Below, piece after piece: positions 13,601 to 21,148 of a stretch of DNA of 64,000 bases. The DNA lies in contig QQSB01000005.1 in NCBI GenBank assembly GCA_003602515.1, positions 88,247-152,246 on the forward strand, in the 5' to 3' direction. The position numbers and the translations under genes were made by a program. Origin of the DNA: Candidatus Poseidoniales archaeon (lineage in GTDB: Archaea > Thermoplasmatota > Poseidoniia > Poseidoniales > Thalassarchaeaceae). The notes under the pieces were generated by a model. The model saw nothing but the letters and a program-made list of their open reading frames with translations. It ran no database searches and was not told the DNA's origin. Within the stretch, counting starts at the first letter, position 1. Each line of letters opens with the position of its first letter.

Positions 13601-16600
13601 TGAACCTCTGCCCATCTAGTGAAGTCTTTGCCGTACACATTGAATGCCTTGCCGTCCCACGTACCGCCGGAGAAGCCAGTGACCTTGCGTGCGGGGATTC
13701 CCGCGATCCTAAGCATAGTCACGAATACGGATGTGAACTCATCGCAGTCTCCTTCTCTGGATGAGTTTAGAATCCAATGAGTTACATCACTATCTATCCC
13801 AATACCGCTTTCCCTGCCAGAGCCGAAGTGATTCCTTAGAAAGGAGATTGTTTCATTACCGTTCACTATGAAATTCTGAATGGCGGTGACCTTGTCCCAT
13901 GCCGATATTGCTCCTGACTGATCCAGAACATCCTGGGTAAGGTTTGCAACAAAGCCAGAACTGTTCATGAATTCTTGTGGGAGGTCTTTGCCGTAATCAG
14001 AATCAGCGAAGGCTGTGGAATTATCTCTGATTGCAGCTGACAAAATCACCTCTGGTGCATTGACGTATAATGCCTCGATGACGGCACTGTCAACGATTAT
14101 GTCACGAGTGTAGTTAGAGAAATTGAGTCCGGCTGAAATATCCACCCAAGTTGTGAAATTCACAACATTGTAAGGCTGAATCAGTTCTTGACCGGGTCCA
14201 ATGTAACCTGCTTCATCGAAAATTATCTCCCATGATAGTGGACCCGAGTGGTTCCAGAAGGATTGGTCTGCAACCCCTTGTTCTGTGGAGAATTCCGGAG
14301 AAACCTGAGTATTCCCCAATAGGGTGCTATTGACGCCCCATGACACTCCGGTGTAGAAGTCATAGGTATGCCATCTCCAGTAGTGTTTGAGTGTTGGATC
14401 CAGTCCTTCTGAGCTATTTGTGGCGGTGAACATGAGTGCGTTCTCCTGTATATCGTCAATTGGATTGAAGGGGTCGCTCGGAGAACCGACGCAATCCAGA
14501 ACCCAGAAGTCCTCGGGGCATTCTTCACCATCGGGAATTCCACCGCCATCAGAATCGGGGTCGAGCCAGTCAGTTCCAAGCTCCTGCTCTATCAAATCGG
14601 GTATGCCATCGCCATCGGTATCAAGAGGGTTGATGTCGTCGTCCGGGTTATCTTGTGGGTTTGTCCCGTCTAGATATTCCTGGCCGTCATCGACCCCCCC
14701 ATTGTCAGAATCTGCTACGTTCCAAAGAGTGAACCAAACGTCAGACGTGAAATTTCCTCCGAAGCCGAAGCCACCGATGCCGAAAATCATTGAGCACCCA
14801 GTGGTATTCTCGAAATAGTTGTTGAGGCCGTCCTCATCGGAATCAAGCAGGTTGTGACAAGGCTCTCTCGGGTCTGTCAGATTGAGAGTCTCGGATAGGT
14901 CATTGACTCCGTCACCATCGGTATCGTAGAGGGTCGGATCGGAAAGGTACCCCCATGCTGCTGTCAATTCCTCCCAATCTGCAAGGCCATCGCCATCAGT
15001 GTCCTTGTAGTCATCATCACACCATGGATCGTTGGTAGCATTTGCAGAAGCATCCCAGCACCAGGAGCCATTGATGAATGAAATAGTTGATGCCCCGGCA
15101 GGGGGTTCCGTATCTATTCCCTTTAGGAATGATGGTTCCTCCAAGGAGTCATAGCTGAACGGCGTCCGTGAACCATTGGCTGAAACAAAGTAGGCCATTG
15201 GGGCATTTCCCCTCCAATCCACGGGGTTGGGGTTTATTCCTTCTGTAGAGTTGATGGTTAGAGTATCTGCATCTGAATCCCAGAATATGATTGTGAAGAC
15301 GAGTTCTAAAATTGATGTGCACGGGTCGGTCTGTCCGGGAAAGCCTTCGTCACCGTCACTTATCCCACCGCCGTCTGAATCGGAGACATTCCACAGCGTG
15401 CAGGAGTTATTCTCCTCCCAATTTTGTAGCCCGTCGCCATCAAAATCCCCCTCATCGTTTATCCTAGTTGGATCAGTCTCGCCGGGATCGATCACCCCGT
15501 TGCCATTCAGATCTTCGTCGCCATCGTCCAAATGGTCACCATCCGTATTGTTGCTCCGGGGGTCCGAACCCTGGGCGGGATCGCCGTACGAACCATTGTA
15601 CTCGATTCCGTCTAGAATCCCGTCCGAGTCAGTATCCGGGGATGTTGGGTCAGTCAGTAAGATAAGGCCCTCCAAGGAGTCATTCAGGCCATCACCATCG
15701 GTATCGTTGTTCTGAGGGTCAGTCTGGGTAATTCCATCGACCTCGGCGGTAAAAATTCCACATCCACCTGGACCTAGTGAAAGCACTGGATTGCAAGGCG
15801 ACTCAGTTATCGTCATGTTGATTGGCCCTGGCCTGAAGTACTGCGTAGGAGGGAATGTCGTTCCGTTCCTGGTGCCCCATGCAGGATTGACGTACTCGTA
15901 AATGTTTGATAGCCCGTCTAAGTCAGGGTCTCCGAAAGTCCCATCCTGATTTGAGTTTGATGTTGGATCGAGGCCGTTTGCTGCCTCCCATCCATCCGGC
16001 ATCCCATCCCCATCGGAATCCCAACCATTGGGGTCCTCATCTTCCAATCCGTCCCCATCATCATCATTGGAGCTACAATCGGCATCCCCATCGAAGTCCG
16101 GATCATTGGAATCAACCATCCCATCGTGATCGTTGTCGAAGGTATCGGTGCAGATGTTTCCTACTGGATCCTCGTCAGCGCCATCTGAACCTGAGCCCTG
16201 AATCACTTGCATGGCACTCTCCTCGTCCCAGTTCGAGACTGGAATTGTGCCATTCCACCAAACACCATTGTCCAGGACGTTAGTGGTGGAAGGCTCATCC
16301 CAACCCGATGGTATCCCGTAAAGATACTCGTTGAGATTCGTGAGGCCATCGGAGTCGGGGTCTCCAGTGGAGCCGTTTTCTCCGGTTGACGAAAGGGGGT
16401 CTAATCCATATTGCCATTCCCACCCATCGGGCAGGCCGTCGTTATCGGAGTCCCAATCCTGTGGCTGGGTATTGATCAGAAACTCAATCCCATATGGGAG
16501 TCCATCTGCATCCTGGTCGTTCGTGGTTGCGGAAACCTCGAAGACGGCAAGTTGCATAGAGGCCACCCCCATCATTAGGAGTAAGAAGGTGAGAAATATG

Positions 16601-16659
16601 GCTGATCTCTTCTTGCCCATTGGGCCAGATTCTTCGTAATTTGAAGTTAGCATCTGCAT
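7699..16659 (-). CDS. Giant surface protein: signal/TM, DxDxDG Ca-binding repeats, transglutaminase-like domain, Ig-like repeats, TM, DUF4129
   Basis: N-terminal KKR plus hydrophobic segment; many DSDxDG/DTDGDG repeats; YWRW..YD.Y.G..W (TgpA-like); GDCDEF..MLRIAGIPAR.VTGF; long beta-rich repeat stalk; TM; ETVREF...FEEARYS (DUF4129). Start may be 16620. Confidence 0.85.
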   Translation of the reverse strand: MQMLTSNYEESGPMGKKRSAIFLTFLLLMMGVASMQLAVFEVSATTNDQDADGLPYGIEFLINTQPQDWDSDNDGLPDGWEWQYGLDPLSSTGENGSTGDPDSDGLTNLNEYLYGIPSGWDEPSTTNVLDNGVWWNGTIPVSNWDEESAMQVIQGSGSDGADEDPVGNICTDTFDNDHDGMVDSNDPDFDGDADCSSNDDDGDGLEDEDPNGWDSDGDGMPDGWEAANGLDPTSNSNQDGTFGDPDLDGLSNIYEYVNPAWGTRNGTTFPPTQYFRPGPINMTITESPCNPVLSLGPGGCGIFTAEVDGITQTDPQNNDTDGDGLNDSLEGLILLTDPTSPDTDSDGILDGIEYNGSYGDPAQGSDPRSNNTDGDHLDDGDEDLNGNGVIDPGETDPTRINDEGDFDGDGLQNWEENNSCTLWNVSDSDGGGISDGDEGFPGQTDPCTSILELVFTIIFWDSDADTLTINSTEGINPNPVDWRGNAPMAYFVSANGSRTPFSYDSLEEPSFLKGIDTEPPAGASTISFINGSWCWDASANATNDPWCDDDYKDTDGDGLADWEELTAAWGYLSDPTLYDTDGDGVNDLSETLNLTDPREPCHNLLDSDEDGLNNYFENTTGCSMIFGIGGFGFGGNFTSDVWFTLWNVADSDNGGVDDGQEYLDGTNPQDNPDDDINPLDTDGDGIPDLIEQELGTDWLDPDSDGGGIPDGEECPEDFWVLDCVGSPSDPFNPIDDIQENALMFTATNSSEGLDPTLKHYWRWHTYDFYTGVSWGVNSTLLGNTQVSPEFSTEQGVADQSFWNHSGPLSWEIIFDEAGYIGPGQELIQPYNVVNFTTWVDISAGLNFSNYTRDIIVDSAVIEALYVNAPEVILSAAIRDNSTAFADSDYGKDLPQEFMNSSGFVANLTQDVLDQSGAISAWDKVTAIQNFIVNGNETISFLRNHFGSGRESGIGIDSDVTHWILNSSREGDCDEFTSVFVTMLRIAGIPARKVTGFSGGTWDGKAFNVYGKDFTRWAEVHLQTNQNQGELDLGWIPFEACPPMSEVRVNVDSWGPTSVQRNTTTSEEIWVEGTLEFVENQTLVENITLSMYLVEPNQSEQVPGSAAILDHLVANVTTDENGSFNLTGLPQQIIQPGFGSLVILTTEMGYVGTQGISMPWQVNVTDNVSMTITSPNPVGQPMLGIGVNSSITGQLSWANSPFLDPSIVDDLQVTLNYSSVVDGEVSIASGVSGGGYYEFIVPIDETEPLGLMDAAISFDGWHFDDLNNATPASYHALPGSLPFKFNITLSPNLTVDIQSQGLNNSILEIGSSIYLNGTVLSRGPSPTPLNGTLILEMRRADLSGPFQELTTWYLNNSSWGSNSGEFSIIWSFSASEVPLPAGPVDVRLQFDSDNLNSNDQEQFIDTYGIRSFVVFDYELPFAIRGREYAVDVFLEDHTGSSFAPFDGEYELIFDGDLVWNESNPDAGRVTPAFIPSFTMTPGDYDWNLSYGGSTWLSPNSTSGVLRVRGMGNASASLSSDWSIRGSTNWVSGSANDMVLQSPITGNNSSVLVQLVLPSELPPTPGGFPAAGPTYNIANGWVDETTGTYNISFEIPQGVSSGVYELHITLSFSGNPPVGGSYYNAGDPTIIDLGVQTEFVIETDPQASIVTAGEELLLQSTVTDVEDPDVVLSGVALDLYFDWGGPLQDILQSGTTNSQGQVSFDPIIPSTAPPGFYDIRVHAPDDLSDTLTSTEAGRWLGNESFVNLTVQVASSVEINSIPSQVTALQSFNLVGNVMDSADVNRTVDGPVGINVFFLDEPGELLIENQTTNMSGAFNLTVPTDTLGNGVLRGDRTVVVSVVNGSTPFYLTGNGDASILVIGIPQFVDSNPFVNTIVDRGESITITTRLVEFSNNENPLSGFEVLARFHDTWLETAVTASDGSVAFEFEVPHDHPLGLVNVTFVFNGSVDLQQAVQILNTITVRSSATMAIDPITTNPLPGEFFNVTGSLTSSNGSGLADISGNPLNPTLTFSIDGDSSTFTVSQVTFNADGSWLAELRLDLSFPRGVHGLDVSFTPQVTYFTSASGFATFDSRGFSVLTIESPDDLDPDNRTVRGETFDISLSLIDNAGGPITSATIVVRIDNLTVWGGLSDSNGTASASILVRPDRQPGPMVVTATFSGINGTIGLLGDEAWTRVVVLAPTELVLKEASSPSISGGSVTLVGSLLDERGQLLQHDGNSSGGLVHLYVDGIDVGPSYTTFSNATTGQWSITYLIPSDMDFGPHTARVDFLGGFSWVDPMGQGDSLNPEYYLGSSDSMVFNVTQPTQVVISTPPAEIDRTEVAVVEGVLTDGVGRTIPNRDLAMSVNGQEITSLSVDVNGSFTGFVPIASDMELGPMVIGIEFAGEDFLLPSESSVVFTVFSPVFLTMDPIGPIAVGDVMLISGTAEDNLEDGWLGSQTIEVFVDGVLVGITSSQENGIWSLEWIIPESMDVGNHSISAISPAQGFYRQGLVDSNFTVSYHTTISHQVEQTYVTRGGHWNFSGRLYESDTGFEQGLEGREISIFLDGTPAELVVTEEGGFFSYSHRVQYALSRGSHNVSFQFGGELLYLSAESVSQVFALSDIVVEVQPITNTIIRGDASPSSSIMIQGLVREVGGESAIFANLSMSLTWGESELPITAGPWDNPSTMNFQIRAKAQEFMYPGENVIAIVVDSDQSRFLNGLSKEIEILVMIEVDFVYSELDLSNGQRVIKGTVNATARDTGAPLEGLSLTASLVNGSTTHFSVSKLTGEDGVFQYEFKSMAPLPAFSEQSLPPEGWGLLGVMIGSDSEFIEPGSLALLPSSGVSITYEKQEGDSFFGSAAVGIGALVIAAIAIAIGAMAFNTKRKSTIRELAKVLGQTVEMLASGDEYRRAIFLCYDNMCSVLMRRGFLRRSFETVREFEHAIRAALPISEASLVSLDRIFEEARYSSHVLGDTHRDNAQLALSSVMQEIEAIQDIPERDLHFEIDE
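14430..16520 (-). repeat. Protein-level DxDxDG (thrombospondin type-3-like) calcium-binding repeats
   Basis: Recurring DSDNDGLPDGWE, DPDSDGLTNLNEY, DSDGDGMPDGWE, DTDGDGLND, DTDGDGLADWEE, DTDGDGIPD units. Confidence 0.8.
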
Positions 16660-16734
16660 GGGCGTCAGTCTCGTATTGTTGGCCGCTAACTCCGGGTCTT
16701 AAGAAGAATGGAGCGTCGTTCGTACATTTGTGAC

Positions 16735-19674
16735 CTATAATAGTTCGACGTCGTCATCATCGTACCTTTCTGCCCCACTAGGTTCTTCCTCTACAGTTAC
16801 TGGTGCTGGAATCTCGGGAGTGGTTTCTTCGACCTGGACCACATCATCAGATAGTGACTCCAGCATCCTCATTTGTGAGGCCCACCTTCTCCTATTGAGT
16901 CTACTCTGAATACCGGCAAAAAGCAATAGGACACTGACCAAAACCAGAACAATGGTGATTGGGCGGGGATGAGCCATTTCGTTGACGATAATATCTGCGA
17001 ATGAACCAATCTCAACGATTGCCGTAAGTGTGAACTTGGCAGTAAGAGACTCGGAGAAGCTCTGCTCTGTATCTAGTGGGGTGGCGGTGACGGTGATTGG
17101 AATTGAGTCACCGTTGTTTGCTGAATCGGAAACAGAAACTTCGACAGTGAAGGTTGCCTCGTCAAACGCCTCGATTTCTATCAGGGGGGATCCGGAAAGT
17201 CCACCGATACTTACATCCCACCCACCCTCGTCCACATCAGCTTCCAGAAGAACGGTCATTGGACTATTGCCCTCATTCTTCACCTTCATCTGTATGGAAT
17301 AGTCATTGCCTGGAGCGAGTTTGGTATTTTGAGACACCTGGACTATCTCCAGCATCGGTTGATCTGCTTCGATCTCAAAGGTCATGGGGAGGTCGAAATA
17401 TCTTGGTTCGTCTTCTTCTATGTCCTCAACAATCCTCAGATATACTGTATGGTTCCCCACTTCTACCTCATTTGTCAGCGTTGCACTGATGAAGACCTCT
17501 GTGAAGTCTCCAGGTCCAAGAGAAACCCTGGGGACCGCTTCTCCATCAGAATTTGTAATTCTGAAATCCCATTGGCCATATGCGGGGTTTCTATCCGTAT
17601 TTTCCTTCAATGAGGCAGGATTTTGAAGCAGCCACCATGATGCTGCTTCCAAATCCGTCTCACTATTTGTCAATCGTGCTCTGAAATCCAATACGGGCCT
17701 ATCCTGACCAGGTGCACAGAGTGCTACCTTCATGTGTCCGAGGGGAGTACCATCACAATCCTGTGAAACCTCGCCCCTAATGCCATATGTTCTCTGGATG
17801 GTGAATGAAATGGTAGTAGTAGTAGAAGCATTTCCCCCGCTGATTACTTCTATTTCAATCTCTCCAATGTCATCATCCTCTCTATCTAGGCTAGGCTTCA
17901 CCCCGAGAATCAGAACCTTTGTGCTGTGCCTCTCCAAAAGGGGAGTGTGGAAAGTTCCGTCTCCCTCATCTTGGAGTATCCTCTGCCCGGTTAGGTTATC
18001 GTGCAATTGGAAGATTGATTTTGATCTCTTCAGAATATCTATTCTGAAGGTGTCGGCATCGAAACCGGTATTGAAAATCTCCAAAATAAATGGATTGAAT
18101 TCCCCATACTCAGCGAATCTGGGGATGGTCGAATCGAGGGCTTCTCCTCTTGAGGAGTTCGCTATTGGTATTTTATGATCCTCAGACCAGACTGAAACTA
18201 CCGGTGGCTGATAGACGTCAATCTTCTCCACATTCAGTACGAGGGTATCTTGGTGGACGACGGAAATAACCCCATCCACATCCGCTTCGGCTACTGCTCG
18301 GATCTCAATCTTCTTAGGCATCCCAGTAAGATCGTCGGGAGCCGTGAGTGTCACTGTAGGGTTAATCACAGTGCCGCCGGAACTCATCTCGTATCCTGCT
18401 GGTGAGTCGAACTCAACCAACCAAGAGCTGCCCATATTGGTCAGAACCTCAAGTTCTACGGTCATTGACTTCGTGGAATCCCCCCTGTGGACAAGAACCA
18501 TGGGGATAGGAGTTACCTTCCCCGGGGCGAAGTACTCTACTGAACGATCGAACCGATGCTTCACTGATACGCCAAACTGGTGCATCTCTATTGGTTCGTG
18601 TTCGATTTCTATTTCGTTACCACCGACATCCCGGACCCTGAGAAATACAGTATACTCTCCGGGTGAAAGTCCACTATCGTAGGTGAAAAGGAATTTTCCA
18701 AAGATCCCTGTGCTTGAATCCTCGATATCCTCCATATCGCCAGTGATTCTTTCATCGACCTCATAGTTCCCATCCGGTCCCCTCATGAGTATGTCAACTC
18801 TGGAGATGTCTGCCCTCCCAAAGGCACTGATCGCATCTAGTGAAAACTGCATCTCCCGATCCTCCACAATGTCATTCGGATACCAGTCTATAACAGAGCC
18901 CTCGGCAATATTCGCACCTTCCCTCTGAACTACAATGATGCTATTCATCAGTGCATTTCCATTTGCTTCCATCTTGGAAAATTTGTTCGGCTCGTTGTCA
19001 ATGTTGTTGAATGCGACATCTGCAGAGCAGCTAGACCCACCGAACGGGCTATCACTGCCGTCGCATCCAGACATACTAGCTCTGACCCTGATGATCAATC
19101 GCTCATTCTTCCCTACTTGGAAGGATTCGGAATTTCCTATCCCGACGTCTATGATCTCGTGATCGAAATCGCAACTGCTACCAAATGACGAGGTACATAC
19201 GGAGCCAGAGTAAGTTGTTGATCCAATGGTCCTCTCTGAAGTCATAATGGAAACTGTCCAATCAACATTTGAATTCTGAGATCCTTCTGACTTGAGGAAT
19301 AATTCAACTGGAATGTAGTATGAGTCGTTTGCATGGAATTTCCTGCCAAAGAATTCCATAGAAGACATCAATGAAATGGTCATAAATTGAACATCGTCAT
19401 CCAAAGCACTTGCGACTTCCTGGTCCTCATTCCCTTCAGGCGGCTGAGTGCTGATCAGTCCATCCATTCCAGCAGTTTGGTTCTGGCCGGGTTGTACGAA
19501 GTACAACTTGTATAAGTTGGCGTCTGGAGCACTTTCAGAGGCATGGAATGGCCTGAATTCGGGAAGTTCTGAAGATTCCAAATCGAAGCCCGTAGGAACA
19601 AGCATCAACAATGCCAACGACAGTGAGACCAGTGCAGTTTGACGCACACAGGAGTCGGGGTTGCTATTTCGCAC
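16735..19674 (-). CDS. Large membrane-anchored protein with COG1470/NEW3-type Ig-like repeats
   Basis: Signal-like N-terminus; repeats of N(T/E)G...D.F/..W.V and LGPG...EV; C-terminal TM, then RRR and an acidic tail. GTG 19674 lies 28 nt after TTTAAC (alternative start 19689). Confidence 0.7.
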   Translation of the reverse strand: MRNSNPDSCVRQTALVSLSLALLMLVPTGFDLESSELPEFRPFHASESAPDANLYKLYFVQPGQNQTAGMDGLISTQPPEGNEDQEVASALDDDVQFMTISLMSSMEFFGRKFHANDSYYIPVELFLKSEGSQNSNVDWTVSIMTSERTIGSTTYSGSVCTSSFGSSCDFDHEIIDVGIGNSESFQVGKNERLIIRVRASMSGCDGSDSPFGGSSCSADVAFNNIDNEPNKFSKMEANGNALMNSIIVVQREGANIAEGSVIDWYPNDIVEDREMQFSLDAISAFGRADISRVDILMRGPDGNYEVDERITGDMEDIEDSSTGIFGKFLFTYDSGLSPGEYTVFLRVRDVGGNEIEIEHEPIEMHQFGVSVKHRFDRSVEYFAPGKVTPIPMVLVHRGDSTKSMTVELEVLTNMGSSWLVEFDSPAGYEMSSGGTVINPTVTLTAPDDLTGMPKKIEIRAVAEADVDGVISVVHQDTLVLNVEKIDVYQPPVVSVWSEDHKIPIANSSRGEALDSTIPRFAEYGEFNPFILEIFNTGFDADTFRIDILKRSKSIFQLHDNLTGQRILQDEGDGTFHTPLLERHSTKVLILGVKPSLDREDDDIGEIEIEVISGGNASTTTTISFTIQRTYGIRGEVSQDCDGTPLGHMKVALCAPGQDRPVLDFRARLTNSETDLEAASWWLLQNPASLKENTDRNPAYGQWDFRITNSDGEAVPRVSLGPGDFTEVFISATLTNEVEVGNHTVYLRIVEDIEEDEPRYFDLPMTFEIEADQPMLEIVQVSQNTKLAPGNDYSIQMKVKNEGNSPMTVLLEADVDEGGWDVSIGGLSGSPLIEIEAFDEATFTVEVSVSDSANNGDSIPITVTATPLDTEQSFSESLTAKFTLTAIVEIGSFADIIVNEMAHPRPITIVLVLVSVLLLFAGIQSRLNRRRWASQMRMLESLSDDVVQVEETTPEIPAPVTVEEEPSGAERYDDDDVELL

Positions 19675-19790
19675 GATTGTGCGCCGCATCCGGGATGTTA
19701 AAGAGTTCGGGAGTTTGGAGTAGTGGATGCATCGGTTATTGCACGTTATCGTCCGCTCGGTTGAAATCGAAAGTCGATGCTCGTTAGACT

Positions 19791-19876
19791 GCAGGGGTAC
19801 CCGAGTTGGTCAAAGGGGCCGGACTTAAGCTCCGGTGCTTAGTGCTTCATGGGTTCGAATCCCATCCCCTGCACCA
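19791..19876 (+). tRNA. tRNA-Leu (anticodon TAA), CCA encoded
   Basis: Acceptor stem GCAGGGG/CCCCTGC, anticodon arm CCGGA-CTTAAGC-TCCGG, long variable arm, T-arm GGTTCGAATCC, 3' ACCA. Confidence 0.97.
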
Positions 19877-20296
19877 TTAATTATCAAATCCCGTTTTTGC
19901 TCGTGCAAGTGTGCAGCCAAACTTGCCATCAAAACCCATAGGAGAGACCTTAGTCAGACATACCACTCCGGCTACAACTTTCTCCGGGAGTAGTATAGAT
20001 TCCAGTATTGAAGAGGCGATTGTCTCCATCAGGGCGTTCCTCTCAGAAGTTGCTTTTTCTATCGAACGATGTAGATATTCGTAGTCTAAAACGTCTCCAA
20101 TTTCGTCTTTGGAAGGTTTTTCGGCTCCTTCGAGTAAAACTTCGATGTCGAATCTCACTGGTTGCTTGACCCCCATCTCGTAATCGTGGGCACCTATGTC
20201 CAGTTCGACTATAACTTCCTCGAGACGCAGTGTTGTCCAACTGGAAGACTCGAGTTTTGCGATTGTGGAGCTAAGATGGGGGGTTGTTATGGTCAA
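19877..20296 (-). CDS. folB: Dihydroneopterin aldolase (bacterial FolB type)
   Basis: IGAHDYE...QPVRFDI...LDY...LMETIA...K pattern. TTG start overlaps the upstream stop. Confidence 0.8.
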   Translation of the reverse strand: MTITTPHLSSTIAKLESSSWTTLRLEEVIVELDIGAHDYEMGVKQPVRFDIEVLLEGAEKPSKDEIGDVLDYEYLHRSIEKATSERNALMETIASSILESILLPEKVVAGVVCLTKVSPMGFDGKFGCTLARAKTGFDN

Positions 20297-21051
20297 GATT
20301 TCCCTTCCTTGTCAAATGCCGGATCTTTTCTCATCTGTCTAAACCGCTCACCGGAGTCAACGAATATTGTTTGTCCTGTTATCGACGGGGAATTCGCCAA
20401 GAATACTACCGACTCAGAGACATCGTGTGCAGAGGGCCCGAACCCTAACGGGGATTGAGATTGAACTGCCTTAAGTGAATCCTCATCTAGGATATCACTC
20501 GTAAGAACGTGCCCTGGTGCTACTGAGTTAATTCTGATTCTTGGAGCCAGGTCAATCGCAAGTGCAGAGGTCAAACCGTGCATTGCGAATCTCGAACCCG
20601 TATATGACAGATAATCTGCATTTGGTGATTCGATCTTGAAATCCAAAATATTCACGACCCATGAAGTCCTCTTTGCAGACTTAGACAACTCACTAATCAA
20701 GACAAGTGGTGCCAATGCGTTTACTTTCATATGTTCTGTCCACAACTCTTCAGTGATGGTTTCAATCCTATCGAAAGAGAACATTGAGGCGTTGTTGACC
20801 ACGCCAACTACGGTCCCAAGTGATTCGGTTGCCCTGTGAATAAGCCCCTTCACTGAGTCTGGATCATTAAGATCGCATTGTAATCGGGTAGCCTTTCCCC
20901 CAACGGCCTCTATCTCCGTGACTAGTTGGTTTGCATCTTGTTCAGAGTTTCTGTAGTGAATCGCAATTGAGAATCCCTCTTCTGAAAGCCTCAGGCAAAT
21001 TTCTCGACCTATCCTTTTGGCCCCACCAGTCACCAATACCGTCCCGCGCAC
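20293..21051 (-). CDS. folM: Pteridine reductase / FolM-like SDR
   Basis: TGGAKRIG, IAIHYRNS, NNASMF, VNILD, INSVAPG. Coupled to folB. Confidence 0.8.
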   Translation of the reverse strand: MRGTVLVTGGAKRIGREICLRLSEEGFSIAIHYRNSEQDANQLVTEIEAVGGKATRLQCDLNDPDSVKGLIHRATESLGTVVGVVNNASMFSFDRIETITEELWTEHMKVNALAPLVLISELSKSAKRTSWVVNILDFKIESPNADYLSYTGSRFAMHGLTSALAIDLAPRIRINSVAPGHVLTSDILDEDSLKAVQSQSPLGFGPSAHDVSESVVFLANSPSITGQTIFVDSGERFRQMRKDPAFDKEGKS

Positions 21052-21148
21052 GCATCCCGCAGGGGACCACAGGCTTTACCGATTGCTAACAAGAAGCGGG
21101 ACTTGACAATGATAACGGTTAATGTCGTTCCTCTATCCGCTAATATCG

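Noticed and set aside
8189..16639. Many + strand ORFs opposite the giant gene (e.g. 10010-10801)
   Set aside because: Ser/Pro/Thr-rich antisense shadows caused by codon bias; no motifs.
19791..21051. tRNA-Leu as the integration site of an island
   Set aside because: No integrase and no duplicated tRNA 3' end seen in the window.
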